This document shows positions 19,720 through 29,524 of a stretch of 47,256 nucleotides of DNA, one piece after another. The stretch comes from a bacterium. GTDB taxonomy: Bacteria; Patescibacteriota; CPR2; UBA1875; CAIMLA01. The stretch's first letter is position 1, and each line of letters opens with the position of its first letter. Made by a program: the position numbers and the translations under genes. The notes beneath the pieces were generated by a model. That model had not been told where the DNA came from. It saw nothing but the letters and a program-made list of their open reading frames with translations, and ran no database searches. Location: positions 1-47,256 of the forward strand of contig JBAXEY010000003.1 of NCBI GenBank assembly GCA_037140175.1, read 5' to 3'.

Positions 19720-21149
19720 TGACAATAAAGAACAAAATAATTGTTCAAAAAATAAAGCAATTGCCTCAAGATCCTGGAGTATATATTTTTCGAGATAAAA
19801 ACCGAAAAGTCATTTATGTTGGAAAGGCTATTAGACTTAAAAGCCGAGTCAGCAATTATTTTCAAGAGAGAGGGCATGACGCTAAAACTAAAAAATTAAT
19901 AGCCAACATAGCAGATTTAGAATATCTGGCATGTGATTCTGAAATTGAAGCCTTGATATTAGAGTCAGAATTAATAAAGCGTTATAAGCCAAAATATAAC
20001 ATTGATTGGAAAGACGACAAAAATTATTCTTATATCAAAATTACCAATGAAGATTACCCAAGGGTTTTTGTAGTAAGAGATACGAATGATGTGAGCAGCC
20101 GGTATTTTGGCCCCTTTGTTGACACCCCAGCCTTAAAAAAGTCTTTAAAGGTGTTGAGGAGAGTTTTTCCTTTTTGTACTTGTTCTAAACCCTCTGATCA
20201 GGTCTGTTTATATTATCACTTACATCTTTGTTCTGGTCATGGTGATAAATATCAAAAAAGTAATGAATATCAAAAAACAATTAAGCAATTGATCAAATTT
20301 CTTGACGGCAATCGGAGTAAGATAATATTGGAGCTTACTCGAGAAATGAAGAAAGCTTCCAAAAATCAAGAGTTCGAACAGGCGGCAGCAATTCGAGATA
20401 AGCTAAATTATCTAGACAATCTAAAATTTATCCCTATAGAAGAACAAAAAAGGGATACTGACCAAGACCGTGCCTTAAAAAATCTGCAAAATATTTTAGG
20501 CCTAGCGAAGACTCCAAATCGTATTGAATGTTTCGACATTTCAAATATCTATGGCCACTTGTCGGTTGGGTCAATGGTCGTTTTCTCAAAAGGGATACCA
20601 AATAAAAAAGACTATCGAAGGTTTGAGGTAAAAACGGTAAATAAAATAGATGACTTTGCGATGTTGAAGGAAGTAATTGGTCGAAGGTTAGCCAATCTAG
20701 GCCAAGGCAAAGATTGTTCATTCAAGGAAGTGCCAGATGTGATTATTGTAGATGGAGGAAAAGGGCAATTGTCGACAATTGTAAATTCTTTTCATGAAAG
20801 TTACCCATTAATTAGTTTTGCCTCTCTGGCGAAAAAAAACGAAGAGCTATTTATAGTTATAGACAACAAAATGGAGAGGAACTGCTTGCCCAAAGATTCA
20901 TCTACTCTATACCTATTGCAACGGATTAGAGATGAGGCACATCGTTTTGCGATTAGCTACCATAGGAATTTGCGCTCTAAAGAGATTACAGCATCGATTT
21001 TGGACTCAATACCTGGGATTGGACCAAAATCAAAAAAAGATCTTATTAAAGCATTTGGTACAATAGAAGAAATCAAAAAAGCTTCATTGTCAGCTTTGTC
21101 ATTGGTGGTCGGACGGAAAAGGGCCGAAAGGCTAAATGAGGATTTATGA
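19719..21149 (+). CDS. uvrC: Excinuclease ABC subunit C
   Basis: GIY-YIG (PGVY..YVGKA), RIECFDIS, DGGKGQ, RDEAHRFA, HhH. Confidence 0.96.
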   Translation: MTIKNKIIVQKIKQLPQDPGVYIFRDKNRKVIYVGKAIRLKSRVSNYFQERGHDAKTKKLIANIADLEYLACDSEIEALILESELIKRYKPKYNIDWKDDKNYSYIKITNEDYPRVFVVRDTNDVSSRYFGPFVDTPALKKSLKVLRRVFPFCTCSKPSDQVCLYYHLHLCSGHGDKYQKSNEYQKTIKQLIKFLDGNRSKIILELTREMKKASKNQEFEQAAAIRDKLNYLDNLKFIPIEEQKRDTDQDRALKNLQNILGLAKTPNRIECFDISNIYGHLSVGSMVVFSKGIPNKKDYRRFEVKTVNKIDDFAMLKEVIGRRLANLGQGKDCSFKEVPDVIIVDGGKGQLSTIVNSFHESYPLISFASLAKKNEELFIVIDNKMERNCLPKDSSTLYLLQRIRDEAHRFAISYHRNLRSKEITASILDSIPGIGPKSKKDLIKAFGTIEEIKKASLSALSLVVGRKRAERLNEDL

Positions 21150-22072
21150 AAAAACTAGTTGCGATCGGAGGGGGAACAGGTTTGGCAACACTTTTGCGTT
21201 CTATCCGAGATTATCCGATTGAAATTGCGGCTGTGGTAACGATGACTGATGACGGTAAAAGTACTGGGAGATTACGCAAGGAATTTGACCTATTGCCACC
21301 TGGTGATATTAGAAAATGTATAGCGGCTTTATCAGATAACGAAGATATCCTTCTCGACCTTTGGCAATACCGGTTTAATAAAGGAGTCGGTCTAAAAGGG
21401 CATTCCTTAGGAAATCTTATCATAAGCGCAGCAAAGGATTTATATGATGGAAATTTCGAACTAGCAATAGAAGGGATGTGTGAACTTTTTTCGACTAAAG
21501 GCCGTGTTTTACCCTCGACTTTAAAAGATGTCCAACTATCAGCGATCTTTGATGACGGCAAGGAAATTAGGGGCGAATCAAAATTAAGGAAGTACGGCTA
21601 CAAGCACCAAATTGAAGAAGTTAAAATTGGTGGAAAAATAGAGGCTAACCCAAAGGTATTATCAGCGATAGAAGGTGCCGATTATATTTTTATTGGTCCT
21701 GGGAGCCTTTTCACTAGCATAATCCCCAACTTTTTGCTCGAAGAAGTTACTGAATCATTTAATACATCAAAGGCACAAAAAATATATATATGTAATGCCT
21801 CAACAGAAAGAGGGGAAACAGAAGGGTTTACAGTGAGTGATCATGTAGAGGCTTTGGGTAAATACAATATTTTTGTCGATTTGGTGCTTATAAACAATAG
21901 AAAATTCAAAAAAGGGTCCGGGGACGGTTTTGTTATGCCTGTTTCGATCGGGCAAGGAACAAAATCGAAATATAATATCCGTGAAAGTAACTTAGTTAAT
22001 AATGTTAATCCACTTTATCATGATGTCGAAAAGTTAGGAAAAGAAATTTGGCAAATAATAATAAAACGATAG
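21146..22072 (+). CDS. yvcK: YvcK/UPF0052 family protein
   Basis: IGGGTGL, DDGKSTG, PPGDIR, GPGSLFTSIIPN. Confidence 0.92.
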   Translation: MKKLVAIGGGTGLATLLRSIRDYPIEIAAVVTMTDDGKSTGRLRKEFDLLPPGDIRKCIAALSDNEDILLDLWQYRFNKGVGLKGHSLGNLIISAAKDLYDGNFELAIEGMCELFSTKGRVLPSTLKDVQLSAIFDDGKEIRGESKLRKYGYKHQIEEVKIGGKIEANPKVLSAIEGADYIFIGPGSLFTSIIPNFLLEEVTESFNTSKAQKIYICNASTERGETEGFTVSDHVEALGKYNIFVDLVLINNRKFKKGSGDGFVMPVSIGQGTKSKYNIRESNLVNNVNPLYHDVEKLGKEIWQIIIKR

Positions 22073-22130
22073 TTAGCTTTATTTTTCTTTATTTATATAG
22101 TAAAATTAGCGGGCAAAAAGAAAGGTATAA

Positions 22131-22349
22131 ATGCGAACGATTCTGACAATTATTTTATTAGTAACGGCTTTTTTAGTAATAGCAGCTATCCTTTTACAAC
22201 AAAAAGGAAGCGGTCTATCTGGAGTTTTTGGTGGTGACAGTGCTTCATACCTGACTAAAAGAGGGGCTGAGAAATTTTTAACGATTTTTACGATAGTATC
22301 GGCGGCTGCATTTATCTCATCGGCCTTATTGTTATTAATCCTTAAATAA
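22131..22349 (+). CDS. secG: Preprotein translocase subunit SecG
   Basis: ILLQQKGSGLSGVFGG, RGAEK, two TMs. Confidence 0.93.
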   Translation: MRTILTIILLVTAFLVIAAILLQQKGSGLSGVFGGDSASYLTKRGAEKFLTIFTIVSAAAFISSALLLLILK

Positions 22350-24121
22350 TGAAAACTCGCAGACTTAGTATCAAGTTCAGGCTTGTTCTAAAAAAAACAT
22401 TTATTGAAATTAAGCAGACACGGTTCAAAGATTTGCGTAATGATTTTTTTCATTATCTAAAAAAAATCCCGGATATTATACATCTTAAAAACATGGTTTT
22501 GGTCACGGGAATTTTATCTGGGGTGGTTTTAATTATGTTCTTTCAACGTTTTTCTACACTTGGCCAATATTTCGAAAAAACGATTCCAGCAAATGGAGGA
22601 AACTATACAGAAGGAGTAATCGGCCAAATTGATAAAATAAATCCTCTTTTTGTTAATAATGAAGCTGAAGCTACAGCAAACAGCCTAGTTTATTCAGGGT
22701 TGGTTAAAATTATGCCCAACAATAAAATTGTGCCCGATTTGGCTGAAAGTTGGACTGTTCAGGATAATGGCAAGGTTTATCTTTTCAAATTGAAGAAAAA
22801 CCTTAAATGGCAAGACAAAGCACAGTTAAAGGCTGATGATGTTAGATTTACTATCAATCTGATTCAAAATCCTGATACTAGAACCAGCTTGAGCTCCATC
22901 TGGCAAAACATAGAGGTGTCAAAAGTTAACGACAATGAGATAAAAATAACACTACCAAATAACTATAATGATTTTTTGAGAGTGGCATCTCAACCAATTT
23001 TGCCCGAGCATCTTTTAAAAGATCTCGATCCAAGTAGTTTCAAAATTTCTGAGTTTAATACAAAGCCGGTTGGTTCTGGTCCATACAAATTTGTGCGGTT
23101 TGATCAAACAGGTAAAGAAACCATTGCTGTTTTTGATGCCAACGAATTTGCTCAGCCCCATAAGCCGTTTATTAATCGAGTCAGATTACGTCTCTATGAT
23201 AACTTTAACGATTTATATTCCGCGGTTTTGAGAAAGCAAGTTAATGGGATTAGTCAAATACCATATAGCAAGATTGACGACGTCAAAAAATTAGGTTCTA
23301 TGACAGTTTACAGCCAGTACCTGCCTCGGTATAAGGCGGTCTTTTTTAATCTAAAAAATGAACTTCTCTCAAAGAAGGAGATTCGACTAGCTCTATCAAA
23401 AGCGATTGATCGTGATAAAATCATCAATCAAAGCCTGGGAGACAAGGCAATGCCAATTTTTGCCCCAATTTTGCCAGGAAAAGAAGGGTATAATAATAAA
23501 CTTAACATTAGTCAATTTGATTTAAACAAGGCAAATGCTGAGCTTGATGCGGCGGGTTGGATTAGTGGGCAAAATGGAGTCAGGGCTAAGGATGGCAAAA
23601 AATTATCTTTTAGAATAGTAGCTAGTAATGATTCTGAAGGCGTTAAAACAAGTAAAATAATTAAGGATAATTTCAAAAAAATTGGCGTGGCAACAGATAT
23701 AATTATTTCTGAGAATGATCTACTTCAGTCTGACTATATTAGACCGCGAAACTTTGATTTGGCAATAGTCGGTCAAAACGTTGGGGCAACTACGGATCTA
23801 TACAGTTTTTGGCATTCATCTCAAAAGACAGATCCTGGCCTCAATCTAAGTGGACTTAGTGATAGAAAAACTGACAAGTTAATTGAATTGGGCAGAAAAA
23901 GCAACGATAGAAAATATCGTGATGATAAATACCGACAGGCTCAGGAATCTATTATGTCAGAAGCCCCAGCTGTCTTTCTATATAGTCCTATTTATTCATT
24001 TGCTGTAACAAAAAATATAAAAGGATTTAATCAGGGAAGATTATCAAATCCGATCGAAGCCATAAATGATATTTCAAATTGGTATATTTACGAAAAAATA
24101 AAAAATAAAAAACTTCTTTAA
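22349..24121 (+). CDS. Peptide ABC transporter substrate-binding protein (family 5), membrane anchored
   Basis: PDLAESW, DDV.FT, PVGSGPYKF, R.ALS.AIDR. Confidence 0.9.
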   Translation: MKTRRLSIKFRLVLKKTFIEIKQTRFKDLRNDFFHYLKKIPDIIHLKNMVLVTGILSGVVLIMFFQRFSTLGQYFEKTIPANGGNYTEGVIGQIDKINPLFVNNEAEATANSLVYSGLVKIMPNNKIVPDLAESWTVQDNGKVYLFKLKKNLKWQDKAQLKADDVRFTINLIQNPDTRTSLSSIWQNIEVSKVNDNEIKITLPNNYNDFLRVASQPILPEHLLKDLDPSSFKISEFNTKPVGSGPYKFVRFDQTGKETIAVFDANEFAQPHKPFINRVRLRLYDNFNDLYSAVLRKQVNGISQIPYSKIDDVKKLGSMTVYSQYLPRYKAVFFNLKNELLSKKEIRLALSKAIDRDKIINQSLGDKAMPIFAPILPGKEGYNNKLNISQFDLNKANAELDAAGWISGQNGVRAKDGKKLSFRIVASNDSEGVKTSKIIKDNFKKIGVATDIIISENDLLQSDYIRPRNFDLAIVGQNVGATTDLYSFWHSSQKTDPGLNLSGLSDRKTDKLIELGRKSNDRKYRDDKYRQAQESIMSEAPAVFLYSPIYSFAVTKNIKGFNQGRLSNPIEAINDISNWYIYEKIKNKKLL

Positions 24122-24138
24122 TAAAAAAGAAGTTTCTA

Positions 24139-24225
24139 TGGTGCCCGAGGCGGGACTCGAACCCGCAAGATGTTACCATCAACGGATTTTAAGTCCGTCG
24201 CGTATACCAATTCCGCCACCCGGGC
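24139..24225 (-). tRNA. tRNA-Leu(TAA)
   Basis: GCCCGGGTGGCGGAATTGG...anticodon loop CTTAAAA, long variable arm, GGTTCGAGTCC, CCA. Confidence 0.95.
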
Positions 24226-24294
24226 TCTAGGGCAGACATCTCTGGTATTATCCAGTGCTACTGTTTTTTAAGCTTGCTTTAGCGAAAATATATT

Positions 24295-24369
24295 TGGAGG
24301 CCTCGCCCGGAATTGAACCGGGGTGAACGGTTTTGCAGACCGCTGCGTAAACCACTCCGCCACGAGGCC
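24295..24369 (-). tRNA. tRNA-Cys(GCA)
   Basis: GGCCTCGTGGCGGAGTGG...CTGCAAA...TTCAATT...TCCA. Confidence 0.95.
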
Positions 24370-24386
24370 GGGAAACTATAATATAT

Positions 24387-24462
24387 TGGAGCGAGAGACG
24401 GGGTTCGAACCCGCGACCTCAACCTTGGCAAGGTTGCGCTCTACCAGCTAAGCTACTCTCGC
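24387..24462 (-). tRNA. tRNA-Gly(GCC)
   Basis: GCGAGAGTAGCTTAG...TTGCCAA...GGTTCGAACCC...TCCA. Confidence 0.95.
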
Positions 24463-24520
24463 TCTAGTTTATTTCACCGAGTAAAATGTAAGGTATAAGC
24501 CTACATTTGATAAGGCGAAA

Positions 24521-24596
<76 letters not shown>

Positions 24597-24684
24597 GCAT
24601 TAACTTTCTCTAAAGCATTTTAAATATAACCTCAAATACAATCAATTGGAATACTTTACCTTTTAGTGCAATGAATTTGTCAAA

Positions 24685-24761
24685 TGGTGGGCGATGGGGG
24701 ATTCGAACCCGCGACCTCCTCGGTGTAAACGAGATGCTCTAACCAGCTGAGCTAATCGCCC
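24685..24761 (-). tRNA. tRNA-Val(TAC)
   Basis: GGGCGATTAGCTCAG...TTTACAC...GGTTCGAATCC...ACCA. Confidence 0.93.
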
Positions 24762-24769
24762 TTGTTTTT

Positions 24770-24857
24770 TGGTGGCTGGGTAAGTCTAATCCCAAGCCGT
24801 CAGATCACTGAAAAATATTTAATCTAGTCCGCGCTGACAGTCTGGGACTGCCCTGGC
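24770..24857 (-). ncRNA. Putative non-tRNA structured RNA ending in ACCA
   Basis: 16-position stem (24834-24849 with 24788-24803) in which 15 positions pair on the - strand; 3' end GCCACCA. Confidence 0.4.
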
Positions 24858-24861
24858 GTAT

Positions 24862-24948
24862 TGGTGCGGACGAGAGGACTCGAACCTCCAAGGTCTTTCG
24901 ACCACTAGTACCTCATACTAGCGCGTATACCAATTCCGCCACGTCCGC
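24862..24948 (-). tRNA. tRNA-Leu(GAG)
   Basis: GCGGACGTGGCGGAATTGG...ATGAGGT loop, variable arm GGTCGAAAGACC, CCA. Confidence 0.95.
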
Positions 24949-24984
24949 TTACCGAACAAAAAAAAGCGTGCCAAGCGCCAAAAT

Positions 24985-25013
24985 ATTATAGAATTTACTT
25001 TCCTATAAGTCAA
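24985..25013 (-). promoter_or_regulatory. Sigma70 promoter of the tRNA cluster
   Basis: TTGACT-17 nt-TATAAT on the - strand. Confidence 0.75.
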
Positions 25014-25063
25014 TCTTAAGTTTGGTACCAAAAATGTAACAATTGTTGTATAATGAACAAGCA

Positions 25064-25513
25064 ATGGCAGAAGCAGAAAAAGCAAAAAAATCAGTCACTT
25101 TATCAACAGACTTCCAAGTTGAATTAGAAAAAAATAAAAGAAAAACTAATTGGCTCGGGATAATAGGTCTTTTTGTGGTTTCTATATTTGGACTAACTAT
25201 ATTAGGCTTTGGTTCATATCAAATATTTTTTAAACCAGAAGAAGTTGAGCAGAACTCAGGGGTCAAGATAGAGTCAAAGCCGACCGAAAGCAAGGAAAAT
25301 CCTACCGGTGCAGCCAAACCAGAAAGCACGAACCAATCGGCACCTACCGTCAAGACTCAGTCTACACCAGAGGAGTATACTATTATGGAAGGCGACAATC
25401 TTGGTTCAATAGCGGTTAAGTTTGAGACAACTGTAGAAAAATTAAAAACGGCAAATAATATTCAAGATGAAACAGCATTACAAATAGGACAAAAAATTAA
25501 AATAGTTAAATAG
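25064..25513 (+). CDS. Membrane-anchored LysM domain protein
   Basis: TM, linker, then YTIMEGDNLGSIA...L..AN.I....LQIGQKI. Confidence 0.9.
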   Translation: MAEAEKAKKSVTLSTDFQVELEKNKRKTNWLGIIGLFVVSIFGLTILGFGSYQIFFKPEEVEQNSGVKIESKPTESKENPTGAAKPESTNQSAPTVKTQSTPEEYTIMEGDNLGSIAVKFETTVEKLKTANNIQDETALQIGQKIKIVK

Positions 25514-25525
25514 AAAGGAGTAAAA

Positions 25526-26071
25526 ATGGCATTATGGATTATTGTAGGAATAATTGCGATCTTAGCAATTTTCGTGATAGCGACCTATAATGGGCTGATC
25601 AAATTAAGAAATAGAGTTCAGGAGGCAGATAGCGATATCGATGTTCAGCTCAAAAGACGTTACGAACTAATACCGAACCTTGTTGAAGCAGTCAAAGGTT
25701 ATGCAAAACACGAAAAAGAATTATTTGAGAAAGTCACCAAAGAGAGGTCTAGCCTTGTTACGGGGTCAACTGCGGAAAAAGTAGAAGCAAGCAATGCTAT
25801 GACAGATACCTTGAAATCAATTTTTGCGGTTGCAGAAAGTTACCCTGAGCTCAAGGCTAATCAGAACTTCCTTCAGTTGCAATCTGACCTGACTGATACT
25901 CAAGATAAAATTATGGCTGCTCAAAGGTTTTATAACAGCAACGTTCGTGACTTCAACACGAAACTTCAGGTTTTCCCTACGAATCTATATGGGAAAATTT
26001 TGGGATTTACTGATTTCAGCTTTATAGAAGCCGGTAATGACGAAAAGAAAAACGTCGAAGTAAAATTCTAG
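25526..26071 (+). CDS. lemA: LemA family protein
   Basis: YN.LI.LRN, IDVQLKRR.ELIPNLV, AESYPELKAN. Confidence 0.95.
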   Translation: MALWIIVGIIAILAIFVIATYNGLIKLRNRVQEADSDIDVQLKRRYELIPNLVEAVKGYAKHEKELFEKVTKERSSLVTGSTAEKVEASNAMTDTLKSIFAVAESYPELKANQNFLQLQSDLTDTQDKIMAAQRFYNSNVRDFNTKLQVFPTNLYGKILGFTDFSFIEAGNDEKKNVEVKF

Positions 26072-26075
26072 AAAT

Positions 26076-26969
26076 ATGGCAACAGCCTACACTCACGCAA
26101 GTTCGAATAAGAGGAAAACATGGTTTTGGCTAATCGTTTTTGTTTTATTTGTTGTTAGTGTAGGTTATATATTTAGCCTAGCGCTGAATATGCCTTGGAT
26201 ATTACCCGTAGCAATTGCAATTGCAATCTTTCAATCAGGAATATCATATTGGAGTAGCGATAAGATAGTTTTGTCGATTTCAAGAGCAAAAGAGATAGAC
26301 AAAAAAACCAACCAAGGTCTTTATCGTTTGGTAGAAAACTTATCAATATCTTCAGGCTTACCTATGCCGAAAATTTATGTTATCTCAGATAGTGCTCCGA
26401 ACGCCTTTGCTACCGGTCGAGACCCAAAACATGCAGTAATCTGCGTAACTACTGGCCTTATTGAGAAGCTCGACAAACAAGAATTAGAGGGTGTTTTGGC
26501 CCATGAATTCTCTCACATAGGAAACTATGACATTCGTCTTCAAACTATCATAGTCATATTGGTTGGTCTAATTGCATTGATGGCCGATTGGTTTATTTAT
26601 TTACGATTTTTTGGCGGAGATGATGATAACGGTAACTGGGTATTTGTTTTGATTGGCCTTGTGCTCGCACTTCTTTCACCCTTAGCCGCATCTTTGATTC
26701 AACTTTCTATCTCGAGAAAGAGAGAATATTTGGCTGATGCTGATGGGGCCTTATTGACTAGAAATCCCGACGGTCTAGCCAGGGCTCTCGAAGATATATC
26801 CAAAGACACTGAGCCTCTTGAAGTCGCAAATAAAGCAACAGCACACTTGTATATTACGAATCCTCTTAAGGACCAAAAAGATTCAAAAAAAAGTCGTTTT
26901 TCTGGTCTTTTCGATACACACCCACCGATTGAGGAAAGAGTTAAGGCTTTGCGTGACATGGCTGTATAA
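26076..26969 (+). CDS. htpX: M48 zinc metalloprotease HtpX
   Basis: PNAFATG, HEFSH, SRKREYLAD, THPP. Confidence 0.95.
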   Translation: MATAYTHASSNKRKTWFWLIVFVLFVVSVGYIFSLALNMPWILPVAIAIAIFQSGISYWSSDKIVLSISRAKEIDKKTNQGLYRLVENLSISSGLPMPKIYVISDSAPNAFATGRDPKHAVICVTTGLIEKLDKQELEGVLAHEFSHIGNYDIRLQTIIVILVGLIALMADWFIYLRFFGGDDDNGNWVFVLIGLVLALLSPLAASLIQLSISRKREYLADADGALLTRNPDGLARALEDISKDTEPLEVANKATAHLYITNPLKDQKDSKKSRFSGLFDTHPPIEERVKALRDMAV

Positions 26970-27153
26970 TAATTGAGACATTGAGTACGAACAAAGTGAA
27001 AAGCCAATGATTTATGAATATCAAAAAAAGACAGTTGGTATCTGGGCATTATTTGGTTACAAATACTGAATGACAAGCAATAAAAAAACTGACCATTTTC
27101 GGAAGACTTTAGACCAGAAAAACGATTTAAAATTTCAAAGCAATAATTTCAAA

Positions 27154-27175
27154 TAAGGCCTCGAAAGGGGTCTTA
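27154..27175 (+). terminator. GAAA-loop hairpin, probable terminator before ligA
   Basis: TAAGGCCTC-GAAA-GGGGTCTTA followed by ATTTTT. Confidence 0.6.
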
Positions 27176-27195
27176 ATTTTTGGTATAATTTAAAC

Positions 27196-29181
27196 ATGAA
27201 GATGAACTTATCAGAGGCTAAGTCACGGGTAGGGAAACTCCGAGATTTACTCAATAAATATTCTTACGAATACCATGTTTTAGATAAGCCGACAGTCTCG
27301 GATGAGGTTTATGATTCGTTGTATGACGAACTTGAAGAAATCGAAAAAATTTATCCGGAGCTTATTACTCCTGATTCTCATACACAGAGAGTTGGCAGTA
27401 CCCCAGTCGAAAAATTCGAGAAAGTCCAGCACATTGCACCGATGTTGTCTTTGTCAGACGTTTTCACTGAGGATGAAATACGTGACTGGGAAACAAGACT
27501 AAAAAAACTGTCAGACAAGGAATCCCTAGATTACTTTTGTGAGCTAAAAATAGACGGCTTATCAATGATGCTAACTTATGAGGATGGGGTATTCACCAGA
27601 GGGGCGACTCGGGGAGACGGAACAACTGGAGAAGATGTAACCCAAAATTTAAAAACAATATCCTCTGTCCCGCTGAAATTGCAGAAAAAAAGGATTGGAC
27701 GGTTAGACGTTCGAGGTGAAGTATTTATGTCCAAAGAATCTTTTGATAAGGTTAACGAAGCGCAATCGAAGAAGGGCCTCCCAACTTATGCCAATCCCCG
27801 TAACCTGGCTGCTGGCAGTATTCGACAACTTGATCCGAAAATAACAGCCAAAAGACAGCTAGATTCATATATATATGAAGTTTATACGGATGTTGGTGCT
27901 AAAACTCATTCCCAAAAACATGAAATACTTGCCAGATTTGGCTTCAAAACTCCTAAACAGGTTAAACATTGCTGTAATATTGATGAAGTTATTGCCTACG
28001 TCAAGGAATGGGAAACGAAAAGAAACGATTTGGAATTCCAGGTCGACGGCTTAGTTATCAATGTAAATGACAATGAAGTATTCGACAAATTAGGTTTTGT
28101 CGGCAAAGCGCCCAGGGCTGCAGTCGCCTACAAATTTGCGGCTGAGCAGGTGACGACTGAAATTTTAGAAATTCGGGTCAATGTGGGGCGGACAGGTGCG
28201 GTAACACCATTTGCCGTCATGAAACCTGTCAGAGTGGCAGGGAGTACTGTTTCTAGAGCAACCCTGCACAATGAAGATGAAATAAAGAAAAAGGATGTTC
28301 GGATTGGCGATACAGTCATCATTCAAAAAGCCGGTGACATTATTCCTGAAGTGATAAGACCGCTTACGGAGCTTAGAACCGGTAAGGAAAAGAAATTTGT
28401 GATGCCAAAAACCTGTCCAATCTGCAGTAGCCCGATTGTAAGACCCATGGGCGAAGCGGTGGCTAGGTGCAGTAATCCTTTGTGTTTTGCGATCGAGAGA
28501 GAACAATTAATTCACTTTGTGGCCAGAGATGCTTTTGATATAGAGGGACTAGGTGAAAAGATAGTGGAACAACTTTTAAATGAGGGTATTATAGCAGATG
28601 CAGCTGATTTCTTTGCTCTAAGCGAGGGCGACCTAACACCTCTCGAAAGATTTGCGGATAAAAGCGCTCAGAACTTAATTGAGGCTATCCAGGCGAGGAA
28701 AAAAGTTACTTTGCCCCGTTATCTATATTCTCTTGGAATCCGTCATGTGGGAGCCGTTACGGCGTCAGTTCTGGCCGTTAACTTCCAGAATATCAATCTT
28801 ATTAAAAATGCCTCAGTCGAGAATCTATCTAGTATTGAGGGTGTTGGGACGGTTGTTGCTGAAAGTATATATAAATGGTTCCGCGAGGCGCGGAATCTAA
28901 AACTATTAAAGAAACTAGACTCACTTGGAGTCGGCTACGAAAAAGTGAAAATTCAAGATAAGCTTGCCGGTCTTACCTTTGTTATCACAGGGTCTCTGAC
29001 CAAAATGAGCAGAACAGAAACCGAAGAGGTGATTCGTAACCTAGGCGGAAGAGCCTCTAGCTCCATTTCAAAAGAAAGTAATTATCTGATAATCGGTCAA
29101 AATCCAGGCTCAAAATTAATGAAGGCAGAAAAACTAGGTATTAAAATTATCACAGAGGACGATTTCTCGAAAATGCTCTAA
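27196..29181 (+). CDS. ligA: NAD-dependent DNA ligase
   Basis: ELKIDG, TRGDG, NPRN.AAGS, VGRTG, zinc finger, BRCT. Confidence 0.97.
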   Translation: MKMNLSEAKSRVGKLRDLLNKYSYEYHVLDKPTVSDEVYDSLYDELEEIEKIYPELITPDSHTQRVGSTPVEKFEKVQHIAPMLSLSDVFTEDEIRDWETRLKKLSDKESLDYFCELKIDGLSMMLTYEDGVFTRGATRGDGTTGEDVTQNLKTISSVPLKLQKKRIGRLDVRGEVFMSKESFDKVNEAQSKKGLPTYANPRNLAAGSIRQLDPKITAKRQLDSYIYEVYTDVGAKTHSQKHEILARFGFKTPKQVKHCCNIDEVIAYVKEWETKRNDLEFQVDGLVINVNDNEVFDKLGFVGKAPRAAVAYKFAAEQVTTEILEIRVNVGRTGAVTPFAVMKPVRVAGSTVSRATLHNEDEIKKKDVRIGDTVIIQKAGDIIPEVIRPLTELRTGKEKKFVMPKTCPICSSPIVRPMGEAVARCSNPLCFAIEREQLIHFVARDAFDIEGLGEKIVEQLLNEGIIADAADFFALSEGDLTPLERFADKSAQNLIEAIQARKKVTLPRYLYSLGIRHVGAVTASVLAVNFQNINLIKNASVENLSSIEGVGTVVAESIYKWFREARNLKLLKKLDSLGVGYEKVKIQDKLAGLTFVITGSLTKMSRTETEEVIRNLGGRASSSISKESNYLIIGQNPGSKLMKAEKLGIKIITEDDFSKML

Positions 29182-29223
29182 TTATTGGATAAAACAAGCA
29201 TATTTGATATACTGTTTACGATT

Positions 29224-29517
29224 ATGAAAGAGATAACCAAAGAACAGGTAAGAGAGCTTGCAGTGTTGGCTCGACTAGGGCTGACAGAACAAGAGGTGGC
29301 GTCATTAGCGAAAGAAATGACTGCCTTTTTGGATTATTTCCAAACCCTTGAGGAAGTTGATACAGAAAAAGTGATACCTACTAGCCAAGTCTCAGATTTA
29401 AAAAATGTCTTGAGGGAGGATGTTAGAAGAGTTTCGAAGATTACTCTAAATGATAAATTGCAAAATGCACCATCGAGAGAAAAAGACTTTATTAGGGTAA
29501 AAAAGGTCCTAGAGTAG
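29224..29517 (+). CDS. gatC: Asp/Glu-tRNA amidotransferase subunit C
   Basis: LA.LARL, VDT..V.PT, NVLRED, NAP; upstream of gatA. Confidence 0.92.
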   Translation: MKEITKEQVRELAVLARLGLTEQEVASLAKEMTAFLDYFQTLEEVDTEKVIPTSQVSDLKNVLREDVRRVSKITLNDKLQNAPSREKDFIRVKKVLE

Positions 29518-29524
29518 ATATATT

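Noticed and set aside
26970-27153. Intergenic region with several ~20-codon ORFs and the antisense ORF 26699-27076
   Set aside because: No convincing SD, motif or stable structure.
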